Below are positions 16,915 to 25,772 of a DNA stretch of 64,000 nt, piece after piece. A program made the position numbers and the translations under genes. Each line of letters starts with the position of its first letter. The stretch's first letter is position 1. Under the pieces are notes generated by a model that was given only the letters and a program-made list of their open reading frames with translations, searched no databases and was not told the DNA's origin. Source of the DNA: Candidatus Levyibacteriota bacterium (lineage in GTDB: Bacteria; Patescibacteriota; Microgenomatia; Levybacterales; UBA12049); NCBI GenBank assembly GCA_043823085.1, contig JBDRBE010000001.1, positions 47,267-111,266 on the forward strand. The letters run 5' to 3'.

Positions 16915-19632
16915 TTATCTAATTTGGGGATAATGACATTTTTTCCACTTTTTCTTACTTCCGCACCAACAAGGATCGTTGCGGCCCAATTTTCTGCTCT
17001 GTGCATCCGAATTCCTACTTTCCGAATTCCCATTCGACATGTGGGAAGCTGATTTTTTTACATCCGTTTTAATCGACGGTTGTTGTGGCGCAACTTGTAC
17101 TGAAATTTTATAAATTCTGTGGACGATCTGGTCATCAATTGCCGACATTAATTGTTCGAACATTGTAAAAGCTTCATTTTTATATTCTACCAATGGATCG
17201 CGTTGACCATAGCCCCGAAGTCCGATTCCCTGACGAAGATTTTCTATAGCATCTAAGTGATCCATCCATAAATTATCAATAACCGAAAGCATCACAAACC
17301 GCTCAATTTGTCTTGTTAAATCGCTACCCATTTGCTCTTCTCTTTTTTGATAAATATCCAAAGAAACTTTTGAAAGAAAATTTATTTTTTCATCCGTTTC
17401 TAATAACTGCTCAAGTTGTTTTGCAAGTTGTTTTTGCGATAATTCGTCAAATGGAATAATGGTTGAAAATTCTTCAACAATTTTTTCGTCAGGTAATTTA
17501 TCTACCTCATAATTTTGTACGCTATTAACATTAACAATTGCCGAAATAATATTGTTAATTTTATTAAATATTTCCTCTTTTAGTGAATTTTGCTCTGATG
17601 CTTTTTCGTCCAAAGGACGATCAGCCCTTGGCTGAGATACCTCTAGTACTTTTCTTCTTGCTTTGTAAATTATTTCTCTTTGTTTGTTTAAGACATCGTC
17701 ATATTGAACTAAATGCTTTCTAATGTCAAAATTAAATCCCTCGACTTTAATTTGCGCCTGTTCTATCGCTCTTGACACAACCGGATGTTGTAAGGGTACG
17801 TCTTCTGGCATATTAAATCTTGTCATTAAACCGGCAATTCTGTCTCCGCCAAAAAGTCTCATAATCTCATCGTCTAACCCAACAAAAAATCTTGAAACTC
17901 CGGGATCTCCCTGACGGCCGGAGCGGCCCCTTAACTGATTATCAATTCTTCTCGACTCATGACGCTCTGTTCCAATAACATAAAGTCCTCCTAAATCCAC
18001 AACCTCCTTGTGTTTTTTTTCCCATTGTTCCCACTCCTTTGTTCCTCTTTTTTCCCTGCCATCCTCAAATTTTGGACTATCACCGCCCAAAATAATATCA
18101 ACACCACGACCTGCCATATTAGTTGCAACTGTGACTGCTCCCTTAACGCCTGCCATCGCCAAAATTTCTGCTTCTCTTTCGTGATTTTTAGCATTCAAAA
18201 CCTCATGTTTTATTCCACGTCTTCGTAACAACTCGGAAATAATTTCATTTTTATCAATAGCTGTTGTTCCAACTAATATTGGTTGTCCAATTTTATGCGC
18301 TTCTTCTATTTCGAGAGCCACTGCAGATAATTTTGCCCGTCCTGTTTTATAAACCGCGTCGGAATTATCAACTCTTATCATTTTTTTATTAGTCGGAACA
18401 ACAACAACATTAAGTTTATAAATTCTATGAAATTCCTCCGCTTCTGTAAGTGCAGTTCCGGTCATTCCCGCCAGTTTCTCATACATTCTAAAATAATTTT
18501 GTAAAGAAACCGTTGCTAAAGTTTTTGATTCCCGTTGTATCGGTACTCCTTCTTTTGCTTCTATTGCTTGATGAAGTCCTTCAGAAAGTCTTCGTCCTAT
18601 CATCAAACGACCGGTAAATTCATCGACTAAAATTACCTGATTATCTTTGACAATGTAATCTTTTTCTTTTTGGAAAAGAGTTCTTGCTTTTAGCGCTGCT
18701 TCTAAATGATAAACCGTATCAAAGTCTCTTTCATAAATGTTGGTAACACCATACATTTTTTCAATTTTTGCAATCCCATGATCGGTTAAATGAGCTGTCC
18801 GTAATTTTTCATCAACTTTGTAATCAATACTTGACGTTAACTTATCAACTAATTTTGAATATTCATAATATTTTTCCGATGGTTCGCTTTGCGGCGCGGA
18901 AATAATATGGGGAGTCCTTGCTTCATCAATCAAAACCGAATCAACTTCATCAACTATGGCAAAATTATGTCCTGTTTGAACAACCTCGGGAATACTTTGA
19001 GCCATATTATCTCTTAGATAATCAAAGCCAAATTCCGAATTAATGCCATAAATAACATTTGCCTGATAAGCTTCTTTTCTTGTAATTGGTCTTAAATGAA
19101 CTAGTCTAAAATCTGTTGTATCTTTATTGTGGAACGACGGATCAAAAATAAAAGATTGATCGGAAATAATTGAAGAAACAGAAATTCCCAAAAGATTAAA
19201 AATAGACCCCATCCAACCGCAATCTCGTCTTGCCAAATAATCGTTAACTGTCACCAAATGAACACTTTTGCCAGTTAAGCTGTTAAGATATAATGCTGGA
19301 ACTGCCGACAAGGTTTTTCCTTCTCCTGTTTTTTGTTCTGCAATTTTTCCCTGCGAAAGAACAATCGCCGCCATTAGCTGTACATCAAAATGTCTTTGAC
19401 CCAAAGTTCGTCTGGCCGCTTCTCTTACAAGTGCAAAAGTCTCCGGGAGTATTAAGTCTAAAGATTCTCCGTTTTCAATTCTTTTACGAAAATCTTCTGT
19501 TTTTTTTAGAAAATCTTTTTCTTTTAATTTTAAAGTTTCTTTCTCAAAAGAATTTATTTCTAAAACAATGGGTTTTAATTTATTTATTTCTTTTTCGTTA
19601 TTACTAAATATTTTATTTAAAAAAGAAAACAT
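16915..19632 (-). CDS. secA: preprotein translocase ATPase SecA
   Basis: 905 aa. DEAD-like motor domains. C-terminal zinc-binding tail CWCGSKKKWKKCH. Confidence 0.95.
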   Translation of the reverse strand: MFSFLNKIFSNNEKEINKLKPIVLEINSFEKETLKLKEKDFLKKTEDFRKRIENGESLDLILPETFALVREAARRTLGQRHFDVQLMAAIVLSQGKIAEQKTGEGKTLSAVPALYLNSLTGKSVHLVTVNDYLARRDCGWMGSIFNLLGISVSSIISDQSFIFDPSFHNKDTTDFRLVHLRPITRKEAYQANVIYGINSEFGFDYLRDNMAQSIPEVVQTGHNFAIVDEVDSVLIDEARTPHIISAPQSEPSEKYYEYSKLVDKLTSSIDYKVDEKLRTAHLTDHGIAKIEKMYGVTNIYERDFDTVYHLEAALKARTLFQKEKDYIVKDNQVILVDEFTGRLMIGRRLSEGLHQAIEAKEGVPIQRESKTLATVSLQNYFRMYEKLAGMTGTALTEAEEFHRIYKLNVVVVPTNKKMIRVDNSDAVYKTGRAKLSAVALEIEEAHKIGQPILVGTTAIDKNEIISELLRRRGIKHEVLNAKNHEREAEILAMAGVKGAVTVATNMAGRGVDIILGGDSPKFEDGREKRGTKEWEQWEKKHKEVVDLGGLYVIGTERHESRRIDNQLRGRSGRQGDPGVSRFFVGLDDEIMRLFGGDRIAGLMTRFNMPEDVPLQHPVVSRAIEQAQIKVEGFNFDIRKHLVQYDDVLNKQREIIYKARRKVLEVSQPRADRPLDEKASEQNSLKEEIFNKINNIISAIVNVNSVQNYEVDKLPDEKIVEEFSTIIPFDELSQKQLAKQLEQLLETDEKINFLSKVSLDIYQKREEQMGSDLTRQIERFVMLSVIDNLWMDHLDAIENLRQGIGLRGYGQRDPLVEYKNEAFTMFEQLMSAIDDQIVHRIYKISVQVAPQQPSIKTDVKKSASHMSNGNSESRNSDAQSRKLGRNDPCWCGSKKKWKKCHYPQIR

Positions 19633-19662
19633 GATGTTTATATTTTACCATAATTGAGTTTT

Positions 19663-19694
19663 AAAAAATCCCCCCGATGTTAATTCGGGGGGAT
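19663..19694 (-). terminator. rho-independent terminator / attenuator hairpin 35 nt upstream of the secA ATG
   Basis: Minus-strand reading: CCCCCCGAattaacaTCGGGGGG (8-bp GC stem), followed by a 6-nt T-run. Confidence 0.6.
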
Positions 19695-19745
19695 ACCAAT
19701 TGATCAATTGGTAACAATTAATCCGTTGTTAACGGAATTACCAAT

Positions 19746-19775
19746 TTATCTCTTCTTCTTTTTTTTCTTTGCCAT
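19746..19775 (-). CDS. tiny lysine-rich upstream ORF, MAKKKKKKR* (candidate leader peptide)
   Basis: ATG GCA AAG AAA AAA AAG AAG AAG AGA TAA, preceded 11 nt upstream by GGGAGGAGGTGA, the strongest SD-like sequence in the region. Too short to call by length statistics. Confidence 0.25.
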   Translation of the reverse strand: MAKKKKKKR

Positions 19776-20026
19776 GGTATAAATCACCTCCTCCCGTCTC
19801 CGCTCTTTTTAGCAGATCCGAGAGTTATTCTCGGGCAGCTTTAGCAGAATTAATTTAATGTTGTAATAATTTTTATATTTTGTCAAGATTTTTTCTTTGC
19901 TTCAAAACTAGTCGTTTAGATTGACAGCTGGGCAAAAATCACAGAGGCTATTTTTTCATTTTTTATTATAATTTTATTACAAAAATTAAAAATTTAAAAT
20001 TGAAAATTAAAAATTAAATGAAGAAT

Positions 20027-21265
20027 TTATTTTTTGATGTTGATTTCTGAAAATCCTGTATATTTTTGCAGAACTTCAGGAATTAAAACACTTCCATCTT
20101 TCTGTTGATAATTTTCTAAAATTGCAATAATTGTTCTTGATGTTGCAATTGCTGTTCCATTTATCATATGAATAAACCCTGTCGTTCCATTTTTCTGTTT
20201 AAAACGTATATTTAAATTTCTCGCCTGATAATCTGTACAATTTGAAGTTGAAGTTATCTCTCCATATTCTTTACGTCCCGGCATCCATGCTTCAACGTCA
20301 AATTTTCTTGCCGCCATTGCCCCTAAATCACCGCTGCACATTTCCACAACTCTATATGGAATTTCTAAATTTTGATAAATTTTTTCTTCTAAAGATAAAA
20401 GCCATTGATGCATCTTTTCCGAATCTTGCGGAAGACAATAAATAAATATTTCTGCTTTTGTAAATTGATGAACGCGAAATAAACCTCGAGAATATTTTCC
20501 ATAAGCCCCTGCTTCTTTACGAAAACAGTGAGAATATCCAACATATTTTAATGGCAATTTATCTTCTGGAATAACTTCATCTGCATGTTTACCAGCTAAA
20601 GCAACTTCTGCAGTTGCAATAAGTCCTAAGTCCTCATCTTTTATTTCATAGATTTGTGCTTCATTCCCTTTTGGGAGATAACCAGTACCAAGATAATATC
20701 TTGACTTTGCTAAATCAGGAGTGATAACCGGAATAAAACCTTCTTGACGCAATAAATCAAAAGCGTATTGAATTAATGCCAGCTCTAAAATCGCTCCTTC
20801 ATTATAAAGAAAATAAAATTGCGACCCTGAAACTTTAGCTCCGGTTTCAAAATCAAACAGATTAAGAAGCGCTCCTAATTCTACATGATCTTTTTGTTGG
20901 AAATCATTTTTTTTTATCTCTCCCCATTTTCTTAATTCAACATTTTCTTTTTCATTTTTTCCAACCGGAACGCTGGACAAAGGCAAATTTGGAATTTTTA
21001 ACATCCATTCTTTTAATTCTTCCTCAACCGCTTTTAATGCATTTTCTTCTTTTTCCAGCTTATCTTTTAACTCTTTTCCTTTTTCAATATTTTTCTCTTT
21101 AGCAAATTTATTTCTTTCTTCTCTTAATTTTTGGACAGATAATGAAAGTTCATGATATTTTTTATCAATTTCTAAAATGTGATTGACGTCAATATCAATA
21201 TTCTTACTCTTTGCAGCTTTCTGAACAACTTGCGGATTTTCTCTTAGTAACTTTACGTCTATCAT
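20027..21265 (-). CDS. serS: seryl-tRNA synthetase
   Basis: 412 aa. N-terminal coiled-coil arm and the class II core (motifs 2 and 3, GYSHCFRKEAG, GTAIATSRTI). Confidence 0.95.
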   Translation of the reverse strand: MIDVKLLRENPQVVQKAAKSKNIDIDVNHILEIDKKYHELSLSVQKLREERNKFAKEKNIEKGKELKDKLEKEENALKAVEEELKEWMLKIPNLPLSSVPVGKNEKENVELRKWGEIKKNDFQQKDHVELGALLNLFDFETGAKVSGSQFYFLYNEGAILELALIQYAFDLLRQEGFIPVITPDLAKSRYYLGTGYLPKGNEAQIYEIKDEDLGLIATAEVALAGKHADEVIPEDKLPLKYVGYSHCFRKEAGAYGKYSRGLFRVHQFTKAEIFIYCLPQDSEKMHQWLLSLEEKIYQNLEIPYRVVEMCSGDLGAMAARKFDVEAWMPGRKEYGEITSTSNCTDYQARNLNIRFKQKNGTTGFIHMINGTAIATSRTIIAILENYQQKDGSVLIPEVLQKYTGFSEINIKK

Positions 21266-21364
21266 ATTAAATAATTTTTAATTTGAAATTTTAAATCAAA
21301 TCTGAATGTTTAAAAATTTAAATTTTGAAAATTTATTAAAAATTAGAAATTGAAAATTTTAAAT

Positions 21365-21976
21365 TTAAGAAATTAATTCTTTTTTAATTGTTGGAATTAA
21401 TTTCTTTATTGCCTTATACCTATGATTGTATAACTTTTGTTCTTCCTGCGTCAATTCGCTTTCGTGATAATATTTTTTAATTTTTGGAAGATAAAAAAAC
21501 GAACGAAAAGGATAACCTTTAACGTGTTTTAATAACGGTTCTTTAGCAATAATTCCCTCAATCTCACCATTGATCGACCAAACTTCGCCATTTGGCAGCG
21601 CAAACGTCACCACATCTTTAAAAAATGCTTTTCTGTTATTATCCGGTAACTCTTTTGAAATTTTAGAAAGTTGAGAAAGAATTTCTTGGTCTGTCATCTC
21701 ATATCCTTGCCATCTTCTGGTTTTAACTCCCAACTGACCTTTTAGGGCTTCTATTTCTATTCCTCCGTCATCGGCAATGGTTGGCAAATTAGAAAGCTTG
21801 GCAAAAAATTTTGCTTTTTTTTGCGAGTTTTCTTTATAAGTTTTTCCGTCTTCTTGGATATCCTCTGTAATATTTAAATCGAAAAGTGAAACGATATCAA
21901 ATGGCAAGTCCGAAAGAAAATTTTTAAATTCTCCCAGTTTCCCCTCATTTCTTGTCGCAATAAGAAGTTTTAGCAT
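21365..21976 (-). CDS. rdgB: non-canonical purine NTP pyrophosphatase (RdgB/HAM1 family)
   Basis: 203 aa. LLIATRNEGKLGEF and IADDGGIEIEAL motifs of Ham1/RdgB. Confidence 0.85.
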   Translation of the reverse strand: MLKLLIATRNEGKLGEFKNFLSDLPFDIVSLFDLNITEDIQEDGKTYKENSQKKAKFFAKLSNLPTIADDGGIEIEALKGQLGVKTRRWQGYEMTDQEILSQLSKISKELPDNNRKAFFKDVVTFALPNGEVWSINGEIEGIIAKEPLLKHVKGYPFRSFFYLPKIKKYYHESELTQEEQKLYNHRYKAIKKLIPTIKKELIS

Positions 21977-24256
21977 TTATGCAGTTTCTACTCCAAATAA
22001 ATCAATTTTTCCGCCGCAATATTTAATAATAATATTACACGCTTCTTGTAAGACTTTTTCTACCATAAAAGGTGCAATATCATAAACTCCATCAACATTT
22101 ATATATAAATTTTTTGTTTTTACCTCTACTGCAGTTCTTTTTGCATCGCGATAGTTAAAATCCATATTATATCCGCCAATTTTATCAAAATATGCAATTT
22201 CTGTTTCTCTATATACTGTTGGTTTTGCGTCTCCTAAAAGTAAAATTTCTTCATCGTTTTTTGCAAATCTTAAAACGGTTGGAAATTCTATTTTATCGAG
22301 ATCAAATGCGCCAACCGAAATATGATGCTTCATTACAATTAAATTGTATGCATCTACGCAAGTATTGATATTATATAAACCCTTATTTAATGCAACTCTT
22401 CGCAAAAGCGCCTCGGGGCTTGGACGCCTTGAATGCCAATCAACTTTCATTTCTTTATATAATCTTCTGTAACTTATAATCTCCGGATATTGACCAAGTT
22501 TCTCTGTTGTTAATCCATTAAGCGAAGAAAGCAATTCTTCTTTTTCTTTTTCCAAACCCTCATTTGATTTTTCAATACTGACGCCTTTTATAATTGCTAT
22601 ACCAATTGAAATCGAAGGAAACCTATTTTTTAGCTCTTTACTAATTGAAAAGACCTTTAGATTATTAAATATTTTCAACGAATCTTTTTTCTCATCACTA
22701 CTTAAATGATATATATCATTTAAGTAAATATCCTTGAATCTTTTTTGGACGAATTTTTTATCCAGAGATAAAATTAACCAGCCAGCTTTAGGACCGTGAT
22801 CTTTACCGATTAATGAAAGATAAATTGCAGAGAATGCTTCTTTTGAAGAAACTTCTAATTCCTTTGCTAATTCATAAAGATTTTTTTGAAAATCTTGGGC
22901 GGTCCATTTTTTATCAAGTTCCAATGAAACTTTTTCCAAAAACTTTTTTTGTTTATCGGATAAACTCTTTGCAGTTTTGGGTATAGTTTTACTGACAGAA
23001 AATTTTTCCGATTCCGGAGCAAATTTTTCAACCCAAATTCTTGCATATTTTGCCCATTCTTGGAGTCCTTTTTTTTTAATCACGTCTTCCATATTCGGCA
23101 TCTGTATCCATTGGGCAAGAACTGAAAAACGAATTTTTGGCGGTTTTTTAAACTTGTCTATTTGGGATAATTCAAAAGTCCTTGCCAAATCATTATCGCC
23201 CTTATTAAAATATGCCTCTGCAGCTTTTTGATATTCATCTAATAAATTTGGAATTGCTAATGTACCAACCGGATTGAATTCTATCGCTTTTTTATAATCA
23301 GTTTTCGCAAATAAAAATCTTGCAATTTCTGGCGGTAAAAGATCAGTTAATTCTCTAGCTTTTAAACCCAAACCTTTTGAAGTACCCATTTTTTTACCGC
23401 CAATAAGAAAAAATTCATAAGGAAGATTAAAAGGATTTGGATAATTAAAAATTTCTTTGCATAATTCTTTTGCAATATCTCTTGAACCGCCGGCCGATGA
23501 ATGATCTTTTCCTGCACCCTCAATTGTCACTCCCAATACCTTCCAATGCGCCGGCCAATCAACTTTCCAAGGTAATTTTCCATTCCCGTCAAACGGACTA
23601 ATTTTCCCCGAGTATCCGCATCCTTTTGCCCATTTAACCATTTCCGGTTCACAAATATAGGAAACTTCCCTGCCGTCCCATTTGTAAACGCGAGTTGTGC
23701 CAATTTTTCCGCAATGCTGGCAAATGACTTGCAAAGGAAGCCATCCTTTTTCTTTTTTCTTGCTTCCCGAAACTTTTTGATAAATATCTTGAATTTTATC
23801 TGCATTATCTAAAGCAATTCTTACAACCTCATTGAATTTACCTTGATGATACATATCCCACGATGATAAAAATTGCGCTGAAACTCCTAAATCTCTTAAA
23901 ACTTTTTGGAAATCTTTGGCAAAATAATCGGCAAAACTTGAATAGCCTTTTTCGGGAGATGGAGCACTGCGAAGAGGAATACCAAGATATTTCTCGAAAC
24001 TTGATAAGTCTTGCGGCAATCCATCAATAGGATCAAAATCATTAAAAATGTATGTCCATTTAACCTCTTTTCCGGCATCTTTAATAGACCTAAATAATAT
24101 GTCATGAATCAGAGGCCCTCGCAACGAACCGACTGTTGCATAACCCGATGGAGTAAACATATCATCTACCCAATAATGTTTATGATTTCCAGATGAAATT
24201 ATTTCTTTGGTAACTTTATCCGCCCAAAACATATACTCGAATTGATTATAATACAT
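21977..24256 (-). CDS. lysS: class I lysyl-tRNA synthetase fused to a C-terminal B3/4 (PheT-like) tRNA-binding domain
   Basis: N-terminus WADKV...TPSGYATVGSLRG (degenerate HIGH), a Cys-rich insertion with the LPWKVDWPAHW motif, and a KMSKS-like GKKMGTSKG. The C-terminal roughly 230 aa carry VDAYNLIVMKHHISVGAFDLDKI, matching the B3/4 signature VDxTNYVMLExGQPLHAFDLDKI. Confidence 0.8.
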   Translation of the reverse strand: MYYNQFEYMFWADKVTKEIISSGNHKHYWVDDMFTPSGYATVGSLRGPLIHDILFRSIKDAGKEVKWTYIFNDFDPIDGLPQDLSSFEKYLGIPLRSAPSPEKGYSSFADYFAKDFQKVLRDLGVSAQFLSSWDMYHQGKFNEVVRIALDNADKIQDIYQKVSGSKKKEKGWLPLQVICQHCGKIGTTRVYKWDGREVSYICEPEMVKWAKGCGYSGKISPFDGNGKLPWKVDWPAHWKVLGVTIEGAGKDHSSAGGSRDIAKELCKEIFNYPNPFNLPYEFFLIGGKKMGTSKGLGLKARELTDLLPPEIARFLFAKTDYKKAIEFNPVGTLAIPNLLDEYQKAAEAYFNKGDNDLARTFELSQIDKFKKPPKIRFSVLAQWIQMPNMEDVIKKKGLQEWAKYARIWVEKFAPESEKFSVSKTIPKTAKSLSDKQKKFLEKVSLELDKKWTAQDFQKNLYELAKELEVSSKEAFSAIYLSLIGKDHGPKAGWLILSLDKKFVQKRFKDIYLNDIYHLSSDEKKDSLKIFNNLKVFSISKELKNRFPSISIGIAIIKGVSIEKSNEGLEKEKEELLSSLNGLTTEKLGQYPEIISYRRLYKEMKVDWHSRRPSPEALLRRVALNKGLYNINTCVDAYNLIVMKHHISVGAFDLDKIEFPTVLRFAKNDEEILLLGDAKPTVYRETEIAYFDKIGGYNMDFNYRDAKRTAVEVKTKNLYINVDGVYDIAPFMVEKVLQEACNIIIKYCGGKIDLFGVETA

Positions 24257-24283
24257 TTTATCTTTTTGAGGAACTAAAAGATT

Positions 24284-24757
24284 TTACTTTACTTCAACAA
24301 CCGTGTAGACGATTTCGCCGGCTGGGGCTTCGACTTTAACTTTTTCTCCAACTCCTTTTCCCATTAATGCTTTACCAAGAGGTGATTCGTGAGAAATTTT
24401 TTTCTCCATTGGATCTGCTTCCCATTCTCCAACAACCATAAAGATTTCTTTTTTACCGTTAACATGAAGTGTTACTTGCGAACCGAGTTTTACAATCCCT
24501 TTGCCATTTCCTTTAGAACTTCCGTGAATTAAACTTACCTGTTTTAGAAGCTCTTCTAATTCATCAATCCTGCCATCTATAAACGAGAGCTCTTCCCTTG
24601 CTGCGACATATTCCGCGTTTTCAGATAAATCTCCTAAATTTCTAGCTTGAGAAACTCTCGAAAGGACATCCGGTCTTTTTACGTTGGCCAGCTCATCATG
24701 CTCTTTTTTGAGTTCGGCCAACCCTTCTTTTGTTAGATAAATTTTTTTGTCGTTCAT
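24284..24757 (-). CDS. greA: transcription elongation factor GreA
   Basis: MNDKKIYLTKEGLAELKKEHDEL...GDLSENAEY is the GreA N-terminal coiled-coil plus FKBP-like C-domain. The listed ORF starts at an upstream TTG, and the ATG at 24757 is the likely start. Confidence 0.9.
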   Translation of the reverse strand: MNDKKIYLTKEGLAELKKEHDELANVKRPDVLSRVSQARNLGDLSENAEYVAAREELSFIDGRIDELEELLKQVSLIHGSSKGNGKGIVKLGSQVTLHVNGKKEIFMVVGEWEADPMEKKISHESPLGKALMGKGVGEKVKVEAPAGEIVYTVVEVK

Positions 24758-24765
24758 ATGTTTCC

Positions 24766-24794
24766 AAAAAAAACCCTCATTTAATACTGAGGGG
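24766..24794 (-). terminator. rho-independent terminator after the nucleotidyltransferase-like gene, 9 nt upstream of greA
   Basis: Minus strand: CCCTCAgtattaaaTGAGGG followed by T8. Confidence 0.5.
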
Positions 24795-24840
24795 AACAAT
24801 TACTTAGCAGGGAGATATTATCAATAAACTCGCCTTCTTG

Positions 24841-25758
24841 TCAATGACCTCTAGTAAGACGGTCCAATCTCTTTTTGTAAGCAGATAAAACCTTATCTTT
24901 ATAATCTAAAGGGTGAAAAGCTAGCAAATGGTCGGAAATAATTTCTTTTGTTCGATGTTTTTTTATCGAACGGAGTTGTATTTTTTTTGCAAGTGCCTCA
25001 AACGCCCAAAAACGCAGAACCGGACATTCCGCATGATTCCGCGCAGCAATCTGCGTAGTTCCACGCTCAAGCGCATTTGGCAGAAATTTTCTAACCCATG
25101 AATTTACAGCAACGAATTTTTGATAAGTATTGCCCCGATTAAATACCGGCATGAGCTGGGCAAGTTCATGTGCACCGTATAAATTCTGCATTTCTTTTGG
25201 AAGCAAAATAGCGTCTTCATCAATTAAAAAATTTAAACAAAATTTATCTTTAATATCTTTATCATTTCTTCCCCTATGCTTTCCTAAAATCTTTAAAAAA
25301 ATAATAAGCAATAACCTTGTCAGCCATAAAGTATGTTTCTTTGCAATAATAAATAAATCAATATCATCATCCTTTTGCGAATTCTTCATCGATAGGGCAC
25401 CGCTAATGCCAATAACCTGAACCGTTGGAATATAAGAAAGACGAGAAATTATTTTTTTCGCTAAGCGGAATTTTTCATTGCTTTCTTTTTCCTTTTTTAA
25501 TCGTTTACTGACAATGTCTCCTCGATTTCGTAAGCAGTAGAACCCGTCCTTCTTGACAATAAAATGAGTAAGATTGGAGAGTTCCATTTCTAGCCTTACA
25601 CTTAACCTTACACCCTTGGGGTGGAAAACTAGATTTTCCGATGAATCATTTATTAAAAATCGCCAAATCTCATCTTTTGTCAGGGGATAATCAAAAACAT
25701 CCGAATAACTAATGGTTTTTAAAATTGCTTTCTTTATCTGCGAGGTACTTTCAATCAT
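24841..25758 (-). CDS. nucleotidyltransferase-domain protein (Pol-beta-like superfamily)
   Basis: 305 aa. GISGALSMKNSQKDDDIDLFII fits the GS...DxD nucleotidyltransferase signature. Confidence 0.45.
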   Translation of the reverse strand: MIESTSQIKKAILKTISYSDVFDYPLTKDEIWRFLINDSSENLVFHPKGVRLSVRLEMELSNLTHFIVKKDGFYCLRNRGDIVSKRLKKEKESNEKFRLAKKIISRLSYIPTVQVIGISGALSMKNSQKDDDIDLFIIAKKHTLWLTRLLLIIFLKILGKHRGRNDKDIKDKFCLNFLIDEDAILLPKEMQNLYGAHELAQLMPVFNRGNTYQKFVAVNSWVRKFLPNALERGTTQIAARNHAECPVLRFWAFEALAKKIQLRSIKKHRTKEIISDHLLAFHPLDYKDKVLSAYKKRLDRLTRGH

Positions 25759-25772
25759 CGAGGTCTATTATA

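Noticed and set aside
19663-19694. Interpreting the hairpin upstream of secA as only the serS terminator
   Set aside because: This is not fully rejected. The hairpin is about 330 nt from the serS stop and directly downstream of an SD-preceded uORF, so an attenuator role is favoured, but it could serve both functions.
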